A DNA stretch of 63,856 nt, filler included, from Craspedostauros australis (Eukaryota): the NCBI GenBank assembly GCA_030167865.1. It is 13 parts of 13 records of this genome, joined end to end, with 100 filler letters (N's around TTAATTAATTAA, not from the genome) between each part and the next. Parts side by side here need not be neighbours in the genome. Positions count along the whole stretch, not along the records: positions 21,932 to 53,420 come from JALAGF010000540.1; 12 more parts are not named here. The stretch is one strand, 5' to 3'. Numbering within the stretch: position 1 is the stretch's first letter; the number at the start of each line of letters is the position of its first letter. Position numbers and translations under genes: made by a program. The notes under the pieces were generated by a model that saw only the letters and a program-made list of their open reading frames with translations, did not search any database and had not been told where the DNA came from. This document shows, in pieces, positions 22,999 to 35,120 of the stretch.

Positions 22999-24144
22999 AT
23001 GAATCTCACCCAGACCGTTATGAACGCATCGATGGGATGCGTGAACCCCATCGTCGACGGACGGCTTACGGGGACCAGTTGTGGCGAAGGACACGCCGAC
23101 TTTGGATTTGAAGAAGGCACAGCATGGACTGGCTACGAGGATGGCCCTGAAGCACCACCGCCACCGCTCTTCGATGTCATCATCGGACCCTTTGGCTGGG
23201 CAGTGCTCATCGTCGTCTCGATGACCCTGTCCCTGATGATCTTCAACAACTGTGATCTCAATATCCCCCCGACCAAGCTTACACGTCTGCTCGGCATCAT
23301 CAGCCTCGCCTACAGCATGTTCGCTTCAATCCCGTTCCTGAACTACCTCCGGACCGGGAAGAGCGCGGCCGCTTCGGTGCCAAACAATGGCGACAGCGTC
23401 CGAATCCACATCCATGCATTCGTCATGGTGGTGTGGCTTGTGATCCAAACATTCCTCATCACGACTGCGATCTGCGGGAGGTATCGCCTTCACAAGCGCA
23501 TCGGGCGGTATGCCCTCAATGTGCAACTCCCGCTTACAGCATTGGAGAATATGCTGAACGCCGGGATCCTTTTCCTGCCCAAACTGGCGGGCCTGGCACA
23601 GGCCCATCGTTGGCCTCAGGTGACCACACATCCTTCGGCGTGGCAGGCACTCATCTACGCCTTGCCATATTCCGCCGCTCTCTTGACGCCAGAATTAATC
23701 CTCGTCTATGGATACCTGGCCACCAACATTTACGAGAAGGTGGAGGGACGTGAGCTCCGCCAGCTGCAGAAGAACCTGCATGCCTACTATATGACGAATG
23801 CCATCCTCACTATCATGTCCACCGGCAGCATCAGGCATATCTTCGAGGTTGTGTACGAGAGCAGTGGATGCCCACGATCGTTGCATGAGGCGATCTCCGC
23901 CTACGTCCAGCACAATAGCGGCCAACTTCAAGCGATTCTATACCCAATCTTCATGTCGCTGATTGCGGCGACTTTGCCACTGAAGGTCCGCGTCGGGCCA
24001 GCGAGAGTTCCTGGCGTCGTCTTCGGATATTACGTCTTCGTGATGAACGCGTATGCCATGGTCGTGACATCGGCTCTATTCGGCTTCCCTCTTGTCTTCC
24101 GCTGCAATCCACATGGTGTTGAGGCATTGCTCGCAGGGGCCTAG
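22999..24144 (+). CDS. Polytopic membrane protein with DUF2306/cytochrome-b-like His motifs
   Basis: About 8 predicted TM segments; IHIHAF...W..IQTFLI...LHKRIGRY and LHAYYM. ORF is open from 22828, so the start is uncertain. Confidence 0.65.
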   Translation: MNLTQTVMNASMGCVNPIVDGRLTGTSCGEGHADFGFEEGTAWTGYEDGPEAPPPPLFDVIIGPFGWAVLIVVSMTLSLMIFNNCDLNIPPTKLTRLLGIISLAYSMFASIPFLNYLRTGKSAAASVPNNGDSVRIHIHAFVMVVWLVIQTFLITTAICGRYRLHKRIGRYALNVQLPLTALENMLNAGILFLPKLAGLAQAHRWPQVTTHPSAWQALIYALPYSAALLTPELILVYGYLATNIYEKVEGRELRQLQKNLHAYYMTNAILTIMSTGSIRHIFEVVYESSGCPRSLHEAISAYVQHNSGQLQAILYPIFMSLIAATLPLKVRVGPARVPGVVFGYYVFVMNAYAMVVTSALFGFPLVFRCNPHGVEALLAGA

Positions 24145-24910
24145 CGAGAAGGTACACGACAGTAGCGCTCTGTCGGCGCCCTGTTGGCACGTGTCGGTAG
24201 CGCCGTTGGCCGCACGCTTCAAGCCGCGACCTGGAGGTCTCGCAGACGAGAGCAGGAAGAGAGGGAGAGAGAGAAAGAACGAGTGTCAACGGTCAGCAGA
24301 GATGGCACAGTAGAGGTGGTACCAGTAGTAGATCACAAACTTTAGCAAAGGTATCATGCTCAGCACGTGCTCTATCAAGTGTTGCAGATGCGCGTACGCC
24401 ATCGAGCATTGTGTGGCCATCGTTGTGAAAGAGTTTGGAGGATGATCGCAAGCGACAAGATGACCGAAGGAAGCAAAGCCCGATGGTTCGCACAAACACA
24501 AAAACGCGATCAAAGCTGATTTGGCGTGACTGTGCTGGTGTTGTTGCGGCTTCCAGATCAGTTCCACGCTGTTCTCTTCGTCCGCGCTCCGTTTGATCAG
24601 TGCGACTATGAGCGCTGATCACAGTCGCTGGCATCGACAGGATTCGATGCGGTTTTTCGAATGCGACATCAAGTTGACACACGCATGCATTGGTCTTGAG
24701 GGTAATAGTACTGTACTATAACGGTTATCAGATCGTGTAGACATGTCACAGGACGCCTTGGGCTCCTATGCCCGTGTTCGCATGGTGACCCTGTCTTAGC
24801 CGTTTTACATGTATCCCTGTTTGACATCATCCTCAGACTCGCCGAAGTGGTCCACATACCCAACACTATTTTAGAGAGCGCTCTCTCTAGAAAATATTCA
24901 GACTGCGAAC

Positions 24911-26710
24911 CTACGCTATGGACCGCTGGAGCTTGCTCACAAAAGCAATGCCATCCGCATCGTCGATCGATGTCACCAGGACTAGTGCGGCGTCGAGCAT
25001 CATTTTTGCGGATTTGTTCCTCCGCTCACCGTGGTGGTACAGCATGAAGGTCTGTGTCAGCATGGAACGACATTGGGATGATGCTTCCGCGAACAGCTCC
25101 TGGTGGTCATCAAGCCCGCCCTTCTCGGCTTCCGTCTTGACGGCATCGATCGTGGTCAGCCATGCCCTCAGAACGGCGTCAACGACAATTGCGTTCGGCC
25201 TCCATTCCTCGTCGCCTGAAAGCACATGATTCTCCACCATCCGTTGGAATAGAACTGAAGATGCGGGTCCTGCATTGACGAGGCACTTGCTGTTGGCGTA
25301 GGCATTGATGACGGTAGAATATGAAATCACGCTTGGCTTCACGTGGTTGTTGTTTTGCACGAAGTACTGTTCCTCCATCCACTCCAAGATGTCGTTCGCC
25401 TTTTCCGCGTAGTTGGAATCATCCGAGCTTGCAGATGACGATTCTGCTGTGACGGGACTCCCCGGAGTCGCATGCCCATCCTCGGAATTATCGGCTGCCT
25501 CATGGATGATGTCGGTCGACGGTTTCCCTGCGATCTTTGCGAATGCGTTCATGCAGGAATTATAGACGAAGGTGTTGGGCCGAACGGATTCGTACCCCAG
25601 CTGGTATAGCGACGCCATCCGTTGCAGCATCTGGATGGCCTGTTCGACGGATGCCGGATCCTGCTCGTGGGCGTATGCGTTGATGATGGCACCGAATGAC
25701 ACGGCATTCGGCTGCATGTCACGGTCACCCTCAGTGTGCAGCTGTTCCATTTCATTAAGCAGCGCAACAGCCTTGCCCGCGCAGTTTGGCTGGCGTGATC
25801 GTGCGACGACGTTGATCACCATGTTGTATGCTCGGGCCGTGGGCTTGAACTCTTCGATCGGCCTCTCCTCATACTTCTGCTGCAACAGTCGCAGGACTTC
25901 AATCGCCCGCTCTCCGGCATCAGATCGTTGGCATCGATTCCAGGCAGATAGCACAGCATAGAACGCAAAAGCGTTGGGTGTTAACTCCTTGTACCCGATC
26001 TCTCCCGACAGCTCGAGCATCCGTTCCAGAAGCTCTTGCGCCTTCTCCGGAGCATCGGGGCGCGAACAGCGGGACCATGCGTTCAGCACAGCGGTGCAGG
26101 ACACCGCATTCGGTTGCACCAGCTGGGATTTGACATCGCTCTCATGGTGCTTGCCGCGGTACTTGCCATCGTGGTTGGGCGTGATGGCAGCGACCAGCCC
26201 TGTTTCGACGGCTCGCTGGTACGCATCCAATGCCTCGTCCAGCATCTTTTGGACTTTCGGCGCCGTTTTCCTGTCGTACGCCTTGCTCAGTTGATTCAGT
26301 TTGCCGTTGAAGTCCAGCGTTGCGCGATTCACGTATTCTTTTTGATTACGCCCGTGATTGTTGCTTCGATGACGAGAATCGGAGGATGACGCGGGACTCT
26401 GATGACTGTGATTGTTCTTGTGTTTGTTCTGGTGGTTGCGTCGTTCCGGATGTTGCCGCCTGTCGGTCTTCTCAGCGTTTTGTCTCTGCACGGACGCGTG
26501 CAGCGGTGAAGTGCGGCGCTGGAATCCGCCGTGATGCAGGTGATGCGAATGGCTGTCGACGACAGCATCATCTGTCGTGATTGGTCGGCTGCGGATTTGG
26601 CCCACGCTGGATGGTTCGGCGATGGAACGGTGGGCAACAAATCCTTGGGATGTCGCGCAAAGCATCAGTATCGCGATCAGCGCGAACGTTGTTTGATTCA
26701 TCAATTTCAT
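24911..26710 (-). CDS. Pentatricopeptide repeat (PPR) protein, probably plastid-targeted
   Basis: Repeated P(N/T/S)..(S/A/V)Y..(V/I)INA(W/Y) units; signal peptide ending SQG|FVAH. Confidence 0.88.
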   Translation of the reverse strand: MKLMNQTTFALIAILMLCATSQGFVAHRSIAEPSSVGQIRSRPITTDDAVVDSHSHHLHHGGFQRRTSPLHASVQRQNAEKTDRRQHPERRNHQNKHKNNHSHQSPASSSDSRHRSNNHGRNQKEYVNRATLDFNGKLNQLSKAYDRKTAPKVQKMLDEALDAYQRAVETGLVAAITPNHDGKYRGKHHESDVKSQLVQPNAVSCTAVLNAWSRCSRPDAPEKAQELLERMLELSGEIGYKELTPNAFAFYAVLSAWNRCQRSDAGERAIEVLRLLQQKYEERPIEEFKPTARAYNMVINVVARSRQPNCAGKAVALLNEMEQLHTEGDRDMQPNAVSFGAIINAYAHEQDPASVEQAIQMLQRMASLYQLGYESVRPNTFVYNSCMNAFAKIAGKPSTDIIHEAADNSEDGHATPGSPVTAESSSASSDDSNYAEKANDILEWMEEQYFVQNNNHVKPSVISYSTVINAYANSKCLVNAGPASSVLFQRMVENHVLSGDEEWRPNAIVVDAVLRAWLTTIDAVKTEAEKGGLDDHQELFAEASSQCRSMLTQTFMLYHHGERRNKSAKMMLDAALVLVTSIDDADGIAFVSKLQRSIA

Positions 26711-27051
26711 CTTTGGGGGAGTAGGGATGCCGTGTGGAATTGTGGTGGTGAGCACTTTTGCTCGTATTAGTATGTATCCGATGTTGCCAGCCCTCCTTCG
26801 CTTGAGCCTCTGTTGCTGTGTTGCGAAACGAGCACGGGCTGCGAGTTGGGTGGTCTGTGATGTGTTGTTCTTGTCTGCGCGGATTGAAAGCAACCAGGTG
26901 GTTTCGTTTTTGGAGATGTGTTGCTCGGAATTTGAGTTTGTTGGTTGTCCTCTGCTTTTGTTTTTTAGTGTACGATACAAAATGTACTATGGAGAATATG
27001 TCTTCTCATGGTGGTATCAATGAATGATATTATTGAAAAGGTACCTCTAGT

Positions 27052-29814
27052 TTAGGCTACTTGATCCGGCACAGGTCCGGCCCTGTGGGTTGCCCATCGC
27101 ATTGAAATCACAGGGTGTTTCGACACAATGCTCTTTGCGCGCTTTGTGGCGGCGCGATCTTTGTTGTCAGGGAAGATGAAACGACAGGACATGATGCTGT
27201 TGGTGGGGTCATGTTTCGATTTGTGCGATTCGTCGTGATCGTCGCCGTCGCCGTCGATGCGAATGATCGAAACCTGGCGGCTCCTGTTGGCATCATGATT
27301 GTCGGCGCTGTCGCCATTACCATTGCCACCGCCGTCGCCATGTGCGTGCTTGTCCACGAGCACAATCTTCGCGTGCACAAGCTCCATCGCCTTGTTGAGC
27401 AGGACCGGCGACACCGCCGCATCCAGAGCCGCGTAGACGATTTGATCCGAAGTCAACGGGCGACTGGACCAGTTGCTGGTCTGCTGTGCCTTGTTGAGCA
27501 CCTTGTTGTTCAAAAGAAACTGGCAGACCCGACCGAGCGAGGAGATGTGCACGCGAGCCTTCCGCGTGCGTCGCTTCGCCATCGCATTGCGAACAACCGT
27601 GGAGACTTCGATGACGGCGCTGTAGTGCTGGAATCCTGTCATGTGCGGAAAGCTGGAGGCTAGACGTTGTAGATCGCCGAATAGCTGGAAGCCCACCTTG
27701 ACCACTGCTTCGGAGGAAAAGAGTCGTGCCAAGGCATTTGACAGCATGGTCTCCGTATCGTTCATTTCGTGCGTTGGGGACAAGCATTGGCGACAAAGCA
27801 CCTGCGTGTCCAGGATGTACACCTTGTCGAGCGGGTGGAATGCCATCTGCAACACCGTCACTGGCTGCTCTTCTTCCGACGATTCCAACAGAAACGATGG
27901 CTTCCATTCGCAGTCGATGCCGATCAAAATAGGCGAGTTCGTTGCTTCTGCTGCTGTTGGGGTGGCGCACAACATGGTTTGAATGTCCTTCGCGAATGCT
28001 TGCACCGATTCCCAATCATCGACGACCTGTACCGCAGATTGTGCATCGGTCAAGATATCCGATAGCTGCAAGTATTCAATGTTGGGATCGATAGTTTTTG
28101 CATTCGTGATCCGTTGCATTGCGGATACATTTGTGGTTGGTGGTGATGCTCTGAGGTGATTATCAGATGATGCTGCCGGCGCTGCGTTGTGTAATTCGTC
28201 CGGAATAATTTGAAAGCCAAAGACCACCAAATCAAGGCTGCGTTTATCGATCCAATGTTGCAAAGAGCTGCGATTGCCGACGTTGGTTTTGGCATCCACT
28301 AGGATCAGCTTGCCAGGCTTGAGGTGCTTGAGAGCCTTGGGTCCCTCCACGTCGCCGAGTTTTTGACACAGTGTCTTGCCCGCAATGAGCTGCACCGCCA
28401 TGTCTTGGCCGTCCACACCAGATCGCCATGGCAAGTCAAATGAATCCTTCTTGGTGCCTGTTCCCATGTAGTCGGGCGGCGCCAGATCCACGAAGACGAG
28501 CCGCTTCGCCAATTGACGGACTCCGTTGATGCGACCGAACAGCGTTGTGCGGTGTGATTGCAGTGGGATTGACTGCGGCGGATCGGCTTTGTTGGAAAGA
28601 ACTTGCGCGGCGATACGAGTGTGCGGTGGTTCCAGTGGAAAGAATGGCTTTGGTGATGGTGGTGGTGGTGGTGATGACGATGTTCGTGCTGACGATGATG
28701 AATTGGAGAGCAGGTCATCACTGGGAGCTTGCTGCGCTTCAGTTGATCTGGAAGCCTTGGAGGTTGCCGTTCCACTGTTCTCGTTGCCACCACCGTCATC
28801 ATCGCTGCTGCTATCGTCGCTGTCGCTGTCGCTGCCATCACCAACGACGACATCGGCTACCTCCGTACCTTCCATACGCAGCAGAGTCTCCACGCGAATC
28901 CAGCATTGGCAGTCGGGATGACCGCCGCCGCTCACGAGCATGGTGCCTTCTGTGCACAATCCAGCATCGACGATCGTCCGTAACGCCTCAGGGGCATGAC
29001 CCAGTGGCGGGACGGACATGGGGGGAAAGCCACATTCGGATTCCACCAGATCCGAGGACAGAAGTTGCACCGAGATACGTTCATCATCGTCATTGCGTTC
29101 TAGGTGCGATTCGACCTTGCGCAGGTCGACCTTTGCACAAGAGGGAGATATGATGACTACGACGCCTTGGCTTGTGACATTGAAGAGCAGTGAATTGATG
29201 GGCGTATTGGTGATGGTGATGTCCGTTTCGTCGTTGCTGTTGTTGTCGTTGTTGTTGTCGTCTTCGTCTTCACCTTTGTCTTCTGCGTCTATATCATTAC
29301 CATGCTTGCTGTCTCCATGCCGCAAATCGAGATGGATGTTCTGCTCTCCTTCGAAGGCAGCGATGGACCCGACGATGTTTTGCAGCCGTTGAAAGCGTTG
29401 TCAACGTTGCTCGTCCTGCTTTGGATCAGCTGAAAAGGTCAACGACAGAGGGTCGATCGTCCGCGATGGCTGGCTGGGCTGGTCTGTACCCGCAGTGTTG
29501 GTATCGTGTGTATCCTGAGACAAGGAGTCTGCGCGGGGATCGCAGTCGTTGGTCGAGTGTTTGCCATCCAGCGCGGTCATTTTTGTCGTCGTCGTCGACA
29601 GTGGTGCTGATTCCGATTCCGATGCTGCCAGTTGTCGACAGAGAGGAGATCGGGATGATGCGAAGGAGTGTGTTCGTACGCGTAGTTCGAAGGAATGGAC
29701 AGACGCGATGAAACGGGGAGGTGGTGATGCTCGATGACCCGTGCTGGTGGCTCGAAAGGAGGTCGAAGCTACCAGAATTGTCCCTCCAATCGCGAACCCG
29801 ATTGTTCTCATCAT
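27052..29814 (-). CDS. YbaK-like deacylase + OB-fold + DnaQ-like 3'-5' exonuclease fusion, interrupted by an in-frame TGA at 29401-29403
   Basis: CGFPPMSVPPLGH...SGGG (YbaK); GRINGVRQLAKRLVFVDL (OB fold); IGIDCEW, KVGF..GDL..L and SNWSSRPLT.DQIVYAALDA (Exo I-III). Confidence 0.8.
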
Positions 29815-32800
29815 TGTTGTTCTTCAAGTGAACATGATTGACGCCTGCCGGAGATGTCCGCCAAGAGACGGTGATGTCGATGTTGTCCAGGCTGAGTTGT
29901 TGAAGAGGCTGGCGGATGGCCAGCCACATCCACGTCCACGTCCACATCAATGACAACGACATCAGCAAGAACACAGAACAAGAACAACGCCAGTGATGGG
30001 ATCTCCCATCAATCTTTGGAACCACGACATCATCACCAACAAGAATGAAACAAGATTCATCGGAGGTTATCGGATGAGTCCCGCTTGGAAGCGATCCCCG
30101 GAACAACCACCAAATCGCGGAACAAGGGAGCCAACAGCATTCCATCGCCGCTGATGCATCTTCCAACAAAGGCAGCGCCGGGCGGTCGGTTGGTTGCCCA
30201 TCGCGATCACCATCTTCGTCCCAATACGGTGTACTCATAGTATTGTACCTGTATAGCACGATGGTAACATTGGAGCAACACCTTTGTGTTTGCGAGCATT
30301 TTTGAATACGTCCATGCACTTCGTGTGGGTATGGACCCTGGTCGACTTGGAGAATAGATCCTATGCTATCACAACGTTAGCTCCGTAGACTGCTATACTC
30401 CCAGATTGCAATTCCACATCGTCGTGGTCTCCACACATTCCAAACACAGAAGGAGCGCCAATCTTCTCTCTCTCTCTCTCGCTGATTGGCATGCCAATGT
30501 TCTCTGTGCAGTCATTTGTGATCGCAGAGAACGAGCCAAAGAGTCGCAGCAGAATGATGACACACATCTTTTGCAATTGTTCCACGAGAGAGAGAGAGAG
30601 AGAGCAATGGCCAAAGAACGAGTGATTTGTTTCGGTAGGGAAGAGACGAAGAAGAAAGGGACGAAGACGGAAGAGGAGAACATGGTTTCACAGATTCTCG
30701 GCACTTCGTTTCAAACTTTTTCGACCGGTAACGGCACTTGGGCGGACTCGTGAGTTAGACCAAATGGGCGCCCTATTGATATATGTGTGTCGAATTTTTG
30801 GGACGGTCACATAGGGCATCCTCACTGAGTCAAAATTTCTCGCGTGTAATTGATGCATATCGAACGGACAAAGATCCGGGAATACTGGAGGAATCGACTA
30901 TTTTAGCGGGAGAGAATTTTGAATGCATAAGGTATCGCGAGCCAGCCAGATTTCCTTCCCGCAAAATTTGTCGTAATCGGGAAACGTCACATCCGCTTTT
31001 GAGGTGTTCAAGCACGACAACCTCCACAACAACGCCATGAAGCCTTGCGTAAAATGGGGGCCACAAACCATCCCGGTTGCGTGACCATCCCACATCGTTG
31101 TGTGACTGTATCGACGGGAGCCTCGCGGCAACACGACACACAACGTAAAGCCACCGCAAAGTGAGCGTGCACAGAGAGCAAAAGCACCACAGAGGTGAAG
31201 AGAAACAAGAAGGACATCAACATTGCCGTTGCTGTCGCTGTTGTTGTTGGAGATGCCATCATCATTCTCAGTGTCGCCAGCACAAACAGGAACAACAACT
31301 CCCCTGTCAAACAATTCCATCGCACGCATCGTTTCAATCGCAACACACCATACACAACAGAACCACACACACACACACCGCAGGCGTGCTCTGAGAGATC
31401 ACATTCCTGTTCAGAACGAGAGGTCAAGTGGCGAAAGACAATACTCGTGCTCTGCCATCAGTCATAACAACGGCATTGACATTGACATCCACCACACAAC
31501 AGCAGAGGCAACATCCATACCAGGAAGAGTTCCAGTGGAAGCCCAAGCAAGATTTACAAAATCGATTCTCTTCACACCTGAAGCCAACTCGAAGCAAGTT
31601 GTTCCACTTCGTGTCATAAATCATCCTCAACGACTTCACTCAACCACGGCCGCCACACTCCAACTCGCATTCCCATTCACATCCATACTCCGGACCAGTC
31701 GGCACAAGACCACAACAAGAACAGCACACAAATCAGTTCCGTCTCTGTCTCGCACCAGAACCTCCGCTTCCCGAATTGTTCTCTGCATTCCCATCCACCA
31801 ATACAGAAACAAGAGAAGCCACTACCCCGCGAGTACACCCAGCACGCATCGCTTCCAACAACCCGAAACGGCAATCGAGTGGAGCAATACCATACGCATC
31901 AAGGTGAGATTCGAAATGAAGAAGACATACCGAACGCTGGTTGTTGTGTCGCTCTTTGCAGATCTGTCTCTCGGAATCCTTCGCATCTCTCTTGATGCCG
32001 ATGATCACTCCGATGCGTGCTCGCATCGCATCAGCCTCATGGACACGTGCATCTGAATCTGCAGCTGCATCTGCAGCTGGTGTCTCTCGGAAGCGCCGTC
32101 ATGGTGCGGAGGGATCTCCATGGTCCAGCCATCCATGCATATTGTCAGCTATACATATTGCTGCCAGTATTGATGAGATGCCGCTTACCACGGCGTCTCT
32201 CAATGGTACCACTTTATGCAATGCTATGCCATGTGATGCGGTGCGATCCTTGGCAAGCCTCGCTGCGCAAGTGGTTGCGTGATGCAGCAAACGGAGATGC
32301 CTCGGTGGCGCAGATGGTCCACGGCGACAGGCACCCAGACCGAGGTGCATGGTCGTCTCAGACGGACAAAAACCGAGATCACGAACCTCGTGCTGGCGAG
32401 ATCCACGAACATGGGCAACAAGACTGGGTCCACGCACAATTATGCGTCTGGAGCATGTCAATGATACAATTTGCACGTGCAACAGCCGACCGCTGGGGTC
32501 AGGGACTGAGATCAGAACCATCTCTGTGATCGATTTCGGCCTCGTCCTCGTGCCTCCTGTGGCCGTTCTTCCACTTCACTTCCTGCAGATCGTGTCACAC
32601 AAATCCCTTCTGAATCTGTTTGACTTGAAACCGACCAACCATCTCACACCACGCTCGTGCCATACCTGCCATTTACGGCCACCCTCTGCCATAATCGCTG
32701 CAACATACCGCACACGTGCTCATGTCCTTTGTCCGCTTCTCTCAATCTTTTCCGTCGACAATACCCTCGTGCATTGATCTTGGTGCACCGCAACTGCCCA

Positions 32801-33113
32801 CACATCTTCACCACCCCACCACCCCGCCACACCCGTAACTTCGCATTGTGTGCAACCCGCCACTCGATTTGGGAAGCGCAGCGCACATCGACCAACCGAA
32901 GCGCAGCACACCAAATCGTTTCTCTCACACAGAAAGAATCCTTTCCGCATACGACCAACAGTAGCAGCCAACCACCTGCACACGTCTCCCACCTTGTCCA
33001 ACCCAACGACGGAACCAGTCCACAGTCTCCTCATTATTTTGACAGATTCAAACTGAATTGACCTCACCATTCGATCAGCAAGCAACTGCAGAAGCAACAA
33101 ACAAACATTCGCC

Positions 33114-34680
33114 ATGACGGACACCATCACAGACAACAGCATGAAGGCGGACAAAAGTTGCGCACAACCCACACTCACGGTGCGTGCGCTCTTCGGAAGA
33201 CCATTGGAGTACGCTGCCGAATCATTCGATGACTTCTGGTGGCGCGATCTCCCATCCTACGCTCAGAAACAGGCCACGATCCTCGGATACACCGAGGCCA
33301 CTTGGAACAAGGAAGATGACGAAGACGACTCCGATGCTCCCGAGATCATGGCGAGAGCTTGGAAAGATCTCACCGCAGAGCAGAAAAGCGCCAAGCTCTA
33401 CTTCGGCTGGGATTGGGACGCAGATGAGAGCGACGACGAGAGCGACGATGAAAGCCTTGACGCAGAAGCCAAGGCCGACGAGATCTCCGATGACTGCTTG
33501 GGCCGAGTCCGCAGACACGCCAGTGACTTCATTCCGAAAAGGGGCCTCCAAGGAGACAACCAGGAGTTCTGGAACACACTCGGAGAGGTCGAGGGTCGCG
33601 ATGTGCTCATTCAGACCGTCGAGGCTTACGAGGCCTTGCTCAGCCACGGTTCTTTCGGCAAGTACCTGACCACGCATTACACCAAAAAGATGGGAGGCCT
33701 CGTTGAGACCGACGTGGACACTGACAGCGATTCCGACTGCGGCAGCAGCTGCAGCACCAGCGTCAGCAACAAGAACGTTGCTCAAACCGACATCACCAAG
33801 CAACGCGGCTACCTCCATCACCCCACATTCGGCGAGCAGGTCATAGTCGAAGGCTTGGATTCGCCCGATATCTGCGTCGGTGACATCTTCGAGGTCTCCA
33901 AGGATGGGCTCAAGCTCCAGGTGTCATCTCCACGCGTCGCCTGCGCCTATGTCGATAAGAAGCACAGATCGGCGTTTGGAGCCAAGGGTATTCGTCGGCA
34001 CAGCATGGTCGAAGGGCACGCCGGATTCTTCGTCCGTGTCCTGCGCGCTGGAAGTGTAAGTACTCTGCTCAACTCTGCTCTATTTGATCTCATCTTGCCT
34101 TGTGTGTGGTTGGTCTAAACACGTGCTCTGCCCTGTTTCTCCAACTTACTCACGCTCCCACCATTTTCTCTCCTCTTCTCTCTCTGTGACTCTTTACTAC
34201 GCACGCATCCATTCTTAATACTGTTATCTGAAACTGCAGCTCCGTGATGGCGATGTGCTGCATCGGACGGAAAACCCACGCCCCAAGTTCACTCTCGCCT
34301 ACCTTGCCAAGTCCATGTATGGAGAGGGCAGCATCATCGCCGCCTTGTCCAACAGGGTGGACTGGAAGCGCAGCGTTGAGGAACTCGAGGAGATCATCAA
34401 CATCGAAGAACTCGCCGAGTACGAATGGAAGGATCCAGCACGCAAAGCGTTGAAGAAAATTCAGCAGAAGGGCAGCAAGGCCACAGGAGCAACGAAGGCG
34501 ACATCCAGCAGGATGCAACTGAGACAACCATGGAGTGGCCGATCGCTGTCAAGGCCGGTCGATTTGGGAGCCTTCTTCCAGAGACTACGGTTCTTGGGTG
34601 CAATGTGGCACCTGTTCCTGCAATTCATCGCGCCATTCACAAAGGTCGTTACTGCATCTGCGAGGAACGGCGCGCCATGA
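33114..34680 (+). CDS. MOSC/YiiM-like protein, 2 exons (33114-34055, 34240-34680)
   Basis: FGEQ..VEG...ICVGDIF...LQVSSPRVAC...GFFVRVLRAGS|LRDGDVL; intron GTAAGT...CTGCAG at 34056-34239 joins the exons in frame. Confidence 0.88.
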
Positions 34681-35120
34681 AACCAGCATTGATTCGCAAT
34701 GCATGGAATGATCATCCACAAACCGGATGCGCGCGCAACATATCTTTGGGACCGTGCACTCTGTAAATCGTCGCGAAGCGCGCCCAGAAAGCCGCTGCGG
34801 CCCTCCACCCGTGCGTGCCTGCGCAACTTGCATGGCACAACAACCAAGCATCCCAATCTTGCGGGATCATCACACATCTTTCCTACTTGTCCACATGTTT
34901 AACGTAATTAGATTGTCCATTGAATGAAAACACGTAGCCGTAGCTCTTGTTGTTCTCCCGCTGGGGGTACTGGCAACTGATTCTCCTTCGCATTTGCACG
35001 ACTATTTTTATACCATGTCACTATATCTTCGTTAGCATTCTTGGATCATTCGAACCGAGTCGAATGCCGCGATTCACTCTATCCATTATGGTAGCACAAT
35101 CACAATTACAATCACAACAT

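Noticed and set aside
29401..29403. Selenocysteine codon
   Set aside because: It lies in a non-catalytic linker with no Cys-like context and no evident SECIS element.
30790..30830. snRNA suggested by the Sm-like site AATTTTTGG
   Set aside because: No recognisable U1, U2, U4 or U5 conserved elements nearby.
29426..33060. Several 130-300 aa ORFs between the exonuclease and MOSC genes
   Set aside because: Low-complexity sequence with no motifs or clear codon bias; a hidden gene or lncRNA cannot be excluded.
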